From Gonapodya sp. JEL0774 (lineage: Eukaryota), in NCBI GenBank assembly GCA_027604505.1, contig JADIIX010000028.1, positions 62,001 through 126,000 of the forward strand: a DNA stretch of 64,000 nt, read 5' to 3'. Position numbers and translations under genes: made by a program. The notes beneath the pieces were generated by a model. The model did no database searches and had not been told where the DNA came from. It saw only the letters and a list, made by a program, of their open reading frames with translations. Below, piece after piece: positions 25,501 to 37,540 of this stretch (position 1 is the first letter of the stretch; every line of letters begins with the position of its first letter).

Positions 25501-26036
25501 AAGCGAGCTCGAAGTCCTGAGGTGTCGGATGGCTATGGGGATTACATGTCACCAAGCGAAGGCTCTTCTAGAGGAAGGACGGTTGGAATGCATGAGGTGA
25601 GTCAAAGGATCTGAAATCGCATTCTCACTTTGAAAGTACGCACGTGATGGCGGAAAGACTCTCCTCATGTCCATTTTTGATAGCCTGATCTTCAACGTGG
25701 TTCGGATAGACGAGGTGCCAAACGTCCCAAACTCCTCAGTGGTCCGTCGCCGGTGAGGATGCTTGCGTGCTTCCAGATTTGTGCACCCCGCGGGTTACAT
25801 TAGTCACTGCTTTCTCATCACAGCCTATTGGTGAAGGAAACGACGATCCTGACATCTCTCAAAATAGTTATTCCGATATATCCACTCTCATGAAATGGCA
25901 CGAACAGATATCTCAAAGGGAGCGGGATCTCGCTCGGCGAGAGTGGAAGTTAGCAGAGGATGAGAAAAAATTGAAGGACATTGAAGCTTTTGCGATAACG
26001 CGAATTTTTTCTTCGAGCCAGCGTGGGAACAACTGA
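22534..26036 (+). CDS. N-terminal ankyrin repeats plus long coiled-coil protein
   Basis: Exon of >1000 codons encoding LIEAVERGDILEVENLLTNGADPN and GESALALAILHGHDQIVEVLLKHGADP, followed by about 550 aa of heptad coiled coil. Two short 3' exons end at 26036. Confidence 0.8.
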
Positions 26037-28014
26037 ATCTGAGCGATCGCTAGAGAGACACGTCTGGCGTTCTGCCCACTCAAAATTCATGAGGAGTGAC
26101 CCTTTGATAGCACTAGTGAATAATTGATTCGTTTAGGACATTGTTGTTATATATTACAAAAGAAACTACGGTGCTTCTGTCTTGTTCATCTTCAATTCAT
26201 TCGAATTCTCCTGGCGGGCCTTGGCATAAAAAGGTCATTTGCGAAAAGTCTTCAGTTGAGCTAATCAACGACTGACAATCCACTGATCCTACCAAAGTGA
26301 TTTGTTGATTTAGCGCTGAGAATGACCTCATCTGCTGCTTACGGCGTGACCCGAGTCATCGGGTTGGGTGATCATGGTGCATGGGCACAGATTCCACCTG
26401 ACCCGCGCTATATAGGAGAGTTCTGGGTCAGGTGCATGGGCAGCTGGGCACGCTTTTCTCGAGCGGTCTGGTTCTCAGACCACCATCACAAAGGACAGCG
26501 GGTTTCATACATTATTGGCGAGCGTCCAGCCTGATCCTGCGGTCGTGCACGGTGGAAGGGACACTGGTATCCTGGCCCAACGAAAACCATTGAAGGCCAA
26601 CATATTCATTCCCCAAACTTTCTACCCTGTTCTCGTGTTCTTTCACCTTTCACCCTCAGATTTGGACACCAAAATCTTCCATATCCATCTCACTGGAACT
26701 TCAAAGCATCTTTCAACCGCGAATTCGGGCTCAACGTCCCGTAGCTCGAGGGGCAACTCAGGAGAGTGGTTGGGACAAGCACGACTCTAATACTATATGT
26801 GCATATGTCCACACCAGTTACGGGAGCGAAGCGGTATTCAAATTGCGGGAACACCAAACCAACCACCATCGTCGCCGATGTTACCCCTGCAATGAAGACC
26901 CCGACCCCCAGTATCAACAGGAGTTCATTGATAATGCCCCGGAGTCGTATACATCAGCGGTGCGTCCGAGCCCGAAGGCCGTCGACCTGCGGAAGTGGTC
27001 AACTGACAGCAACTGTTATGGACGCACACGAAAGAATGTATTCGATGCTATGATCATGATGAAAACAAGCAAGCTATTTAATGATTTCGTGCACCATGTG
27101 CTCTTCCGCTCCTTGAATTCTCCCCTAGTTTCAGGAATGACATCCGCCTACTATTTGGCGGTCGCATTCTTTAGCACCATCGCCGCCCATTCATAAATCT
27201 CGCCCACCGCGTCTTTGTTGGTCCTGCAGAGCTCTTTTGAATCGCTGGAGACCTTGAGCAGGGACGGCTGCTTCGTGTATGCGAGTTCGTACACGGCTGG
27301 AGCTCCATTGGCATTGACTACAGGCGGAGAAATCGATCAGATGCGGAGTTCTTTGACAACGAAATGAATCGATACCCTTACAAGACCAAATATCTTTGTC
27401 AACGGTAGCCAGGTTGGAAGGTCCGTTTGGATCAGTCCGACACTTGAACAAAACCAACAGATTCTTCCCACCACCTGCTCCATCCAATCCCAAACGCTTC
27501 ATCAATGACTCTCAGCATTAATGTGAAGTGTCCAAGAAAACCTACTTTTTAAGTTCATCTCGTGCATGAACTTACTTTCCTTCGACTGAATCCTGTTCGT
27601 AATTGACTGACCACACACAAGAAGTCCATCAAATGCATGCCTGAACTTTTCGGTCTCAGCAAGCGTCTTGCAGAGTACAAATTTGAACCCCACAACGTCC
27701 TCAGCTTGATTATCCGTGTTCGAGAGGTACGAGCACGCGATTTCAACGATCGGGCCGATATCGCCGAAACGACCTTAAAAATGGAGCACACTGAGATTTG
27801 AGCCACGATATGCCAACAAGTGACTGAATTTCCTCCCTCCTCACCGTCAACGACAACAACTGGTATCGCAACCATGATGGGCGGTAACTTCATTTTGCTA
27901 GACTGTTTGTCCGCTGCACTTGTTATGCTCGGTGACGTCTTGATTGCATTCGATGGCTCTGCTTGATTGGCTTTCGCTTTTCCGGCCTGAGTGGCAGGCT
28001 CCTAAGTTCGCGAT

Positions 28015-28602
28015 TCAGCAGTTCACAGTTGTCTCACTTCGCCACCGCGCACTCACCTCCTGCCCGCCAAAAATCCAGGTCATCGCCTTATGTACCAGCG
28101 ATGTTGGAGTCCTCGTGCTGGATGTGAATTCACGAGCACGCTCCTCGATCATCTCGAGTTTCTGGCGTAAACAACGGATCTCCGAGTCCTGAGAACTTAT
28201 TCGCCTCTCATTGGAATCCACGAGCGATCGAACTTTGTGGATCTCGCCCCGACTCTCCTGTATCTGCCTGGCTTGGTTCTCCATCACCTGTTTCGAACGA
28301 GCGAGATCTTCCTGAGCTGACCGCAGCGCAGTCTCGAATGCTTTGATTGTGTCTTTCGCGCGATCAAGATCCTGCAAGACGACGCGAAGATTTTTCTCGA
28401 GATGATTGTCCTGCGTGCCGACAATCGGAGTCTCTTCGGAGTCCAGCTGCATCAGATCTTTTGGTAGTTCCTTCTCCGTGACTACTTCCGTGTTTGCATC
28501 TTTGGATGTTATATTGATGGGTTTCTCTTGGCCTTTTGAGTGGTCCAAGACCGATTTGGTGGCTGACTCGTTCGGAGGTGCCTCTGCTTGGTTCCCCGTC
28601 AT
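28015..28602 (-). CDS. Hypothetical coiled-coil protein (195 aa, single exon)
   Basis: ATG-initiated ORF with clear heptads (LRVVLQDLDRAKDTIKAFETALRSAQEDLARSKQ...). Confidence 0.6.
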   Translation of the reverse strand: MTGNQAEAPPNESATKSVLDHSKGQEKPINITSKDANTEVVTEKELPKDLMQLDSEETPIVGTQDNHLEKNLRVVLQDLDRAKDTIKAFETALRSAQEDLARSKQVMENQARQIQESRGEIHKVRSLVDSNERRISSQDSEIRCLRQKLEMIEERAREFTSSTRTPTSLVHKAMTWIFGGQEVSARWRSETTVNC

Positions 28603-28832
28603 TGTAGTACTTGTAGTGCCTGGTAACAGGAGTACGTTAACGGCAATTACCGTCCCATATGACTACTCAGAGTTACAACGTCAAGAATTGAACAGCTCCT
28701 ACCGATAGCGGAAGCGTCGGTCGGTCCAAACGTGTGTCCGACCTTTGAGGTAATTGTACGTGCTGTCAAAAGTAATAATCCCAAATTTTAGAGAATGCAA
28801 GTGGAGGACCTAGGATGAGGAACAGAGATTCT

Positions 28833-29399
28833 CTACGAACGGGTACAGGGTGGAAATGAAGGCGGCAATACCAGAACTTGAGAGTATGACTTTTTTGCCG
28901 AAGGGTCTTTTTCTGAAGTATTGTTTCCGGTCAGCCCTGCTGACTGTAACTGTACTTTTACCTCGGCGGGACTGGAGATGATCTTCCAAACGGTGGACCA
29001 GTGATTTTCCACCAGGGAGTATAAAATCATTGCGACATGTTCTTTGGTTGTAAGGTGCCGCTCCGCCAAGCGCGTTATTATGTCCAGAAATCCCTGGTTG
29101 CAAGAATGGGCGAACTTGCGGTACGTGTCTGAAGGCGCATGGCAGTTGGGAAAGCTTCGTATAAAGTCGCAAATGTACCAGCAGGTCTCTACAAGCTCGC
29201 TTTGCGAGACTGATGAAAAAACTGCCACTGTTTGATTTCGATTTGGGGTAACTCCACGTTTCGTGTGGAAGATCTCCTGCGAGCGCATGCTGAGGTCGAC
29301 GATTTTATCCAGCTTACGTTGATCGACATGGTTGGACATGTTTGATTGATTTAACATGTTTTGCACTAGATAGTGTGGTGTTTGAACGGACGGAGGCAT
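28833..29399 (-). CDS. Hypothetical protein (188 aa)
   Basis: ATG-initiated ORF with helical, protein-like composition. No family recognised. Confidence 0.45.
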   Translation of the reverse strand: MPPSVQTPHYLVQNMLNQSNMSNHVDQRKLDKIVDLSMRSQEIFHTKRGVTPNRNQTVAVFSSVSQSELVETCWYICDFIRSFPNCHAPSDTYRKFAHSCNQGFLDIITRLAERHLTTKEHVAMILYSLVENHWSTVWKIISSPAEVKVQLQSAGLTGNNTSEKDPSAKKSYSQVLVLPPSFPPCTRS

Positions 29400-29753
29400 C
29401 TAGTGCGTCATCGCAAAAGGTGTAAGGTGTCCACAAGTATCAGGAACGCTGTTCCATCCCACAAAATGTTCTAGGAATGAAAAGGAAACTTCCGACATAT
29501 CAATCGATGTTCCAGTTATATGTGGGAATTCTTTGGTAATTTTCCCTGCATCTCCTTCTCCATTACATTTAAAATAGCAAATGTACGGATTACGTGCGAA
29601 ACTCTCGCCGCTCGAGGCCCGCCGCAAACGAAGCATGACACCAAAGGCGGTTCCACCTGTCCAACAGGTGTCTTTCTTGCCACTTGAATCACTGTGGTTT
29701 AAACCCCAGAATCGCACTTACGGAACGCTTGCTTTCGTCCATATTCTCCCACA

Positions 29754-32700
29754 ATGACCGAGATGCGAGCACTCCGTATGAAAACCAGCGAGCACAAGGA
29801 CAACAACAAGAAGCAAGACGTTATTGTTGTGAGAACGAGACAGCTGGTAATCCACATCATTTCCAGTTCTGTTGCTCATCCTGACAAGAATTAGGTTGTG
29901 GACGGGTCCGGTTCCATCAACCGAGCGACATTTGAAAACGAGGTCAAGCAGTGCGTTCTCGCACTTGCTGCACGCTTTGATCCGTCGTGTCAGATGGCAT
30001 GCATCCAGGTGCGGTATGAGCCGCTATCCCTGTTCCCGGTTTCATTTGCTATGTCAATAACACCCACTTCTGCCTGCCAGTTTGGAAGTTCAGCCACTGT
30101 TGAGAGCGAGTTGACGTCAGACAGAACAGTGTTCGAAACGCGTGTATTCGGTCAGTATAGTGCACATTTCAATTGTGATCCAACCATGTGAATGACTAGT
30201 CCTATCTTCCATCGATTCGCTCAATCTCCAGGAATGCGCCAAAACTCTGGAGGAACAAACGCAGAGGCAGCGCTTGAAAAGGCTATCGAAGTATTCAGTC
30301 GCACCACACGTCCCGAAAATGCCCGACAGGTCTGGTTCATCACGGACGGAGACTACGACAGCGATCCGACTTTGATCGCTCAAAAACTCAAACGCCAGGT
30401 GAACTTTCACATAAATCAAATTCACTTGTACGAATTTCCTCATTCTCTAGCGTGAACTCTTAGAATGTTGCGTTGTGCACAGCAATTGGAGTTGGCCCCC
30501 AAGTTACGATTGGGAAGCTTCAAAAGATTTCGAGTTTTGGTCGGACGTTCAAGGTCCAAGACTTTGCGAAAGCGTATGATTTTGTGACCAATGAAGTTGC
30601 AGGTGAGTGGTAGGCGTTGATCAGGTACCGAACTAATCCTGTTCCGCACTAACGCAAATCGATTTGCATCCGACAGTGGAGCTGCCCCGTGAGCAATATG
30701 CTTCCATCTCGGTGCAAACTTTGGTTGGAATGAGCAAACTTGGGACGGAAATTCCCTTGCAAATCTGCGTAAGTACAGATAATTGATCTGTGCATCTTGA
30801 TCTTCATGAACTCCCGATTCGATGCATTTTGAATTGCCAGATCTCCAACATCGGCACGCATTCGATTTGCAAAGACAGCCAGCTTCTCATTTCGGGCAAG
30901 CCTTATTTCTTGCAGGAGACCATCCCCATTACCGATGTTCTCAACACGCACGATTCGGTGACCACAGTCACCGTTCTCAAGCCCCGCAATCCTTCCAAGG
31001 AGAATTCACACTCCCGCATCGGCGGAACGACAATCCCAGTTCTCCCGGCACATTTTGTGACCCTCATTGATGACCTGCCGGGGCTCCTTCAGCTACAACT
31101 CCTGGATCCCTCTGGGAAAACGATTGAACTTCGAGAGGATGCCGCGATTATGGAATGCGGTAAGCACCTTCATTCAATTGCTTCACGTCCCTTTCTCTTG
31201 ACAATGTTATCCTTAAATCAGAGCTTTTCGCTGGAGATGCGCGGCATTTTCGAATCCCAGCACAGTCCGTGAACCTTCTGCTGTTCGGACCAACTGGTTA
31301 GTACTCTTCGATGACAGGAGTTTTCGCATTGGCATGAGAAGAACTGAGCGATCCTTTGTGCTTCTCACCAGGTGCTGGCAAGAGTTGCCTCGTGAACGGA
31401 ATCCTCACAACGATCTCTGATCGCGTCCAATCCATCGATATATCTGGCGGGGACCACAAAGGGATCACCTCCGACTACCTTGAGTTCCATTGCGGAATGG
31501 TGTCCGGCTTTGACGGCTTTGACATCACGTTTTACGATTCTCCGGGTCTGGAGATTGACGACGACTATGGAGCCGCTTACAAGGGTGACGAGGTCGGGTT
31601 GATGCTCGACGGTATCCTCAAACCGAACACTCAAGTGGTGGGCAAGGTTATCAAGTACGATGATCTGCAATTGCAGAGGGACGCTGCCGACATTGAAAGG
31701 AGTCGTATGATTCATGTAATGGTTCTTGCAATTCCACAAGCTACGGTGGAGAGTTCTGAGGTATGAATTTTTCTGATTCTCAATATTGCCGCATATTAAG
31801 TACCTGGGATGTTTCAGGAAATGCGAGCGTTTATCGACATTTACAAGAAGGTTGCGCACGTCTTCAGTGAGTCCTTTTACAAGTTGCTCTTGTTGGGACA
31901 TCCATTAATATGAGCATGCCATGTCCAGAGCGTCCCGTTGTCATTGCAGTCACATACATGGATGAAGGTGCGTTATCTCTGCTATGTTGATGTGATTGGC
32001 AAAGTAGGTCCACCTATTTCCTTCAAACAGTTGCGTCGTTGGATGAGTCCGAAAATGTTTTGAAGAGAGTCGCGAAGGAATTTGGAATCGGCCGTCGGTT
32101 GATTTGTCCGATACGGAACTACTTCTCTGAGAAGGTTTGTGTGGAAACATCCCTCTTTTGAGTAACCCACAACAGAGCCAGTATCGGTCCTCAATGAATT
32201 CGTTTTGTCACGCAGGAGAAGGACTTCGAGATGGACCGCAGGTTGATGAGGTTACTTTATACGTGTTTGAACGAAGCATCGACGTTCTTGACGAGGGAGC
32301 ACTTTACGCCAGGTAGTGTCTTTGTGGAGCTTCCTCTCCGCTGAACTTACGCTCATCAGTTCGTTTTCTTGACAGCCAAGTCTCAATTTCCAGTAAACCA
32401 TCTAGCCGTACACACTCGTGGGACAAACTCGACTCCCTCTGCACAGGGTTTCTTTCATGCGGGGTCTCTTCAATCGATAACAAACTCCAACGCCCCTCCC
32501 AGCTCCGCCACTTTATTGCCTGTCCTGACCTCTAGACAATCGCCGCTGAGGATTGTGGGAAGCTCAGGTGCGACACATTTGACACCACAGGCTGAACGTT
32601 CGATTAGGTTTGACACCAGCGTACAATGAACTTCAAATCGTTTCAGAAGAAAAGCTTGTTGCTTTCATCAAAGCGATGCTTCCGCCGCCAACCACCGACG

Positions 32701-33267
32701 ACACGGGGGTGATCATCACTGCCATCGAGAAGGCTTTCCGCGAGACGCATTCCACCAAGTTTAAGGATGCAAATTCTCGCAAGGAGTCTCTTTTCGATTT
32801 TGTGAGCCGCTATCCTGAAGTGTTTGCAGTTCGCCTGCCACTTGGCCCTTCGAAACGTGGCATTGCCATGATCAGCCTCGTTCCACCGCCACCACCAGTC
32901 GTCCTTCCTCCGTCCGAAGAGAACATGGATGATGATGATGACGACTTTCTGGACTTGGAGACTGACGAAGGTGAGCAGCCTTGCTGTAATCCGGGTCCTT
33001 TGTGGTGGACAATTCAATAAAGTCTGTTCTTTTCCTTCAGATGGAGTCCCCACCAAATTCAAATGTCCCATTAGTGGAGTGCTAATGGAGGATCCCGTGA
33101 CAATCGACGATGGAACCGGAGTCTCGTACGAGCGTTCTGCGATTACTGCGTGGATTGATTCCAAGGGGACTTCACCTCTCACGCGCAAGTCAGTCACACG
33201 CTCAAGCGTGCAACCGGATGCCGTGTTATTAACAGCAATCGAGAGATTTGGAAGGGAAGAGTTGTGA
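29754..33267 (+). CDS. Multidomain VWA + IFI44-like P-loop GTPase + OST-HTH/LOTUS + U-box protein, multi-exon
   Basis: VWA MIDAS: VVDGSGS...GGTN...FITDG. GTPase: LLLFGPTG|AGKS, FYDSPGLE, IHVMVLAI, IAVTYMD, IRNYFSEK|EKDFEMD. LOTUS-like: GVIITAIEKAFRE...SLFDFVSRYPEVFAV. U-box: PTKFKCPISGVLMEDPV...YERSAITAWI...SPLTR. The splice junctions checked from the GTPase C-terminus to the U-box keep the frame. Confidence 0.85.
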
Positions 33268-33489
33268 AGGAAGTGCCAACAAACATGTGCGGGTCTAATC
33301 AATTTCGGATTGTCATGGCCAGTGGCGAGGTTTGAGAGTAATCCAGTGTTTTCATTTCAGTGTTATCAGTTTGCCATGAAATACAAATCATCATCATGAT
33401 TTTTTTTGTACACTGAATTTCACACTGTTCACACCACACCAATGCACTTCAATAGAAATGTACATATTGCATTCACACTGATCTGGAGC

Positions 33490-35616
33490 TCAAAAGATGT
33501 TTGCTCTGACGTTGTCGACAATGGCCTTCAATCCCGCCCAGTTCTCTTCTCCGGTTACCACGATCTGAGCTGGAGGAAGAACAAAACCCTGTCCAGATGA
33601 GGTCAGAAAGCAGCAATCAATCTAAAATCATGAACAAGAAAGCGCGTGAAGTACTTCATTTGCTCACCGTTGCTGTATCTGAAGAAGACGGGCGTAACTC
33701 GATAGTGTAAGAGAAGACACGACCCAGACCGTTCCGATCCTGTGTAACTTGAGCGTTTACAGCTTCGTCCCACGCGTAATCTACCGCTGTACCAGTGGCC
33801 GCGTACACTATGGGTGGGATTGATTGTACCAAGCATTACAGAGAGGGAAGTATTAGTTACGGATATTTGAATGTTCATAGTTTCTGACTCACGTTGTAAA
33901 GCGGCTTGACACGCATAATAAGTCATTGCGATATGTCAATTTGCAAACGAAAGAAATATACATAGTGAGTCAGCGATACTTACTCTGACTAACATAAGTT
34001 CGACCAGATTGGGCCCGTATCGCAGCAGCCGCGGCATCACCAGCTGCCCGCAACCTCGTAGCTTGTGCGGTAGGAACCGAGTAGCTATATCCCGGCGGCC
34101 TCAGAATGAGCTGGGAGTACGAATGGTAGTCGATGGAAAGGATGGCCCGTTGGAGAGAGTTCAAAAAGTTTGATGTGATGACCTTGGTCTCAGGTTCGGA
34201 GAGGGGGGACGGGCCTTGGTATGTTTCCGCACTTGGATTGGTAGAAGCACCTGCGGGATCCTGGAATAAAGTATAATACATGATGATTTGGTGAGAACGC
34301 ATTTGGGATGGATCTGACTCCAACAATCACTTACCACACCCCAGCCTTTTGGATAATTCCTAACAATTGCAAAAAAACATTGAGCCGAGCGGTAAATGGA
34401 TCACAGTAAACATATCAATTGAACGCTAGTTTGTCGTTCACCGGTTCAGATCAACTCCAACAGCTGTGGATGTGGTCGTTGCACGCCGGCGATTCTTCCT
34501 CCATAGCCTATTGGTTGTCCACGTGTACTCGTAACCATCGGGGTTGACAACAGGGACGATCAAGAATTCAGTCGCCCGGAGTGTGCGGACCGCCCAAGCG
34601 TTGTCGGGGCTGGAAGCGTTCGAGTACGAAGAGGCCAGCTTGTACGCCAAATACTGAACAGTCGACCCTGCCACCCATTCGCGAGCGTGGATGAGACCTT
34701 GAATGTAGATTTGTTTCGCTGTTGCGTTTCCGGTGCCGATTCGAACCATGAAGAGGTTGCGCCCCTCGAAGGACGACCCGATGGAAGCATTCACAGAGAC
34801 AATTGTGGGGTACTGCGCTGCCATGGAGTTGAAGAATGCGCGAATGTCGTTGAAACGATCTACATGTATATATTAGGTGTGAACTTGCAGTGCCGCCGAT
34901 TGATTGATAAGATTCAAACATGTACTCACGGTAGGCAGTGAACCACGTTGCAGGCGAATAGACTCCGGTTTGTCTCTTCATCAAAGCCTGCATTCGGGTA
35001 AAAGGTGTGTGCTCGGTGAGCTCAGACCCAAACGGCTTTCATTCGCTGTCCGAAAGTAGAACAACGCACGGCAGAAGATTCGATCTCTTTGGTCTCCTCA
35101 TCGATGGCCGCCTGGATGTTATCGTTGACAATCTCCACTGTTGCAGCGGAGCTGGCTTCCAGTGCTGCGTCAGTGATAGCTTGCAGATCATCCGGGGTAG
35201 GGGCGAGAACATCGATCTGCGAGGGGAAAAGGGAGCACACGTCTTAATCGTACGCACAGCAGTCAATCCACCGGTCAAAGTGATATACGCACCGCGCGTC
35301 CCCCATCGTCCAAGTCCAAAACACCCCACACATCGAGCGAAAACAGGTTCCGAAATTTTGCCACGAGTTCCGAGCGGATAGCATCACTGTCCCCTAGTTC
35401 CGTGGATGGTACAGTAACACGGACAAGCATTTGGTTGTCATAACGAACGGTCGGGGCTTTGTGGTAAATGCAAATGTAATGTGGTTTCCGTGCTGATCGC
35501 AATGATGATCAGCTCTAATCACGATTGTAAAACTGACCACGAATCGGGGCCGCCACTGCAAATGCGCAAAACGCAAAGCTAGCGATAATCCCGCTCAGAA
35601 ACCGTGAGGTCTTCAT
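33490..35616 (-). CDS. Secreted zinc carboxypeptidase, M14A family, with propeptide
   Basis: Signal peptide MKTSRFLSGIIASFAFCAFAVA. Motifs IHAREW, NPDGYEY, WRKNRR, GVDLNR, IDYHSYSQ, YTIELRP, GFVLPPAQI. Stop at 33490-33492. Confidence 0.92.
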
Positions 35617-36562
35617 GCTTTTCGCTCAGCCGTCGTCAGAGCGAACAGGAAATATGCTGCGATCGGGGGAGATGGCATCACTTTTATAGCGAGGTAATGG
35701 AAGGAAAAAGGATCACGCCTGAAATATCGTGACATTTCGCTGCGACGCAAAACGCGAGGTGGGGTGAGTGAATTAGTGGTAATTCGAGGGATTGGGGAAA
35801 CTGATCTCAAATTTTTCTTTATAGGATCCGTCCCCCACCTAAGGTTCACTCATACGAAAGGTTTCAGAAGCATACGAAAACACTATTACACGTATAGCCG
35901 AATAACTTTTCACGGCAATTGTACTGCTATTTGTGCGCTCAGACGTTATGTCACAATAATGAAAGCCATTGTAGATAGGCTTCGCTCGTTCCTCACGGGG
36001 GAGCAAAACAAACTATTGTCCATAGAAACTCGATATAACATCAGTTCCATCACTTGTTGTTGCGTGAGGTTCGGTCCCTGATTTATTTCTGAGCGTCCGG
36101 CGGGAGACGTGAGACGCGAAACCCACTGAGCGGCTGTACTTCAACCATGACAATTGAAAGACTATGCTCAACTATTTGAGAAAAATCCGATGTGGTGTCA
36201 GATTCCATTGGGTATTGTGACCTCCGAACCGATGATTCATTATCCCATGCAAGTTAAAGGAAAAAGTGATAGACTATGATAAAATGGAAAACTTAGGCGG
36301 AAATTAGCTCTATCAGCATTTTGTAGAACGGGATTTTGTGTCACGCGAGATGGTACCTTTGATCTATCATCGGAATTGTGTGGATTGAGCACGAACTACA
36401 CAGACGAGACAGAGTGACAAGTCCATCGATAAAAAAAACCCTGGAATAGTCATTTTAAAATGAAGGAGTTTGTGTTTCTTGGGGCATGAAGAGTGAGACA
36501 AGCACGGGTCACGACCATTCTAGCTTATAGTGCACATGTTACGAGTTACAGCTCAAACAAGA

Positions 36563-36658
36563 GATCAGCAATCACTACTTGGGCTCAAAAACATCAGCTT
36601 TCGTGATTTCCGTAGATTCCGGATTGTTTCTCGAAGGCGTCATCATCCATTGTTGATC
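36563..36658 (-). promoter_or_regulatory. Type II eukaryotic SECIS element in the 3' UTR of the SelenoU gene
   Basis: Minus strand reads ATGAC-GCCTTCGAGA-AACAA-TCCG-GAATCTA-CGGA-AA-TCACGAAAGC-TGAT. This gives the AUGA/GA quartet (36643-36639 and 36596-36593), a 10-bp helix II with 2 mismatches, unpaired AA and an apical mini-stem. Flanking GATCAACAAT/ATTGCTGATC can form a lower helix. Confidence 0.85.
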
Positions 36659-36711
36659 ACTTGGTGCTTTGTTTTGATCCGAAGCTGCTCCATTGTTCAT
36701 CAAGATTCCAT

Positions 36712-37540
36712 TTATGTCGCGACAGAGTCCCTTCTCTCAGCTTTCGCTTTTTCTTGTTCCGTCATTTCATCCCAAAACCGGAACGCGCCAGCTTCCTTCC
36801 AGTCTGCGATGCCTGCCGCCTCCAACAGGGTGGGCACTGTCGCGTGATCCGCATTAAATCTGTCGAAGTGGACAAAAGAACACTCCCGCAAGCCCGGTCC
36901 CAGCACAAACGCACCGCCTTGCTGGCGCGGGTCACCTTGGGTTCCGCCGCCCGCTACACCCATGGCGAAACCCTTGATCCACGCGGCCGGAACAGTGGTG
37001 CGCACGTGGGGACTGGCGACGCGATATTCCAGTTTGGAGTCGAAGCGGAAATTCATGTTGAGTGCGGTGTAGAGGGAGCGTGTAGGGTTGGAATACATTG
37101 GTAAGGAGAGGCGGGTTTCTTTGATGAAGCGTCGCACAGCCCATGCTGGTGCAGGGGTAATGAGAACGATTCGGACCTTGCGTTCAGCGAGGACTAACTT
37201 GTCGACACGATTGAGGTCGACGAAGTAGTCTCTGTTTTCGAAGTATTGCCCGTCGCGATTCAGTTCAGCGAAACCACGACGGTGATGAGCCACAACCGGC
37301 ACTGGCGATGTCGATACGATACATAGACGGGATGCAAGCTACTTACCGGCAAATGTATCACAGCAGATTTCTTCCAAACACCACGATCGTCCGTGTCCCA
37401 TCATCACGGACGTAAAGTTGGTGAAAAGCAACGGAGGTGTCGGTGTCTGCGGTGGTATCGACGACGGAGAGATTCGCGACGTTTTCAAATGGAAAAAGCG
37501 ACGGATCCGAGAACTGTTTTTCGTTGTGTTGATGCGACAT
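36712..37540 (-). CDS. SELENOU: Selenoprotein U / PRXL2C (AAED1, AhpC-TSA_2) homologue with Sec at codon 61; exons 37540-37347 and 37231-36712, 237 aa
   Basis: Spliced frame RTIVVFGRNLL-[TGA 37360-37358]-YICR|DYFVDL aligns with PRXL2C VVVFVRHFLCYICKEYVEDL. C-terminal GDPRQQGGAFVLGPG...H. SECIS lies about 70 nt after the TAA. Confidence 0.9.

Noticed and set aside
26320..27810. Assigning a gene or transposon to this stretch
   Set aside because: Frames are broken and I could not recognise any domain, terminal repeat or transposase/RT motif.
36712..37302. 196-aa ORF starting MPVVAHH as the real protein
   Set aside because: Its first ~24 codons lie in the intron, it starts at GTG and it lacks the redox motif. 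The spliced Sec-containing model fits the family.
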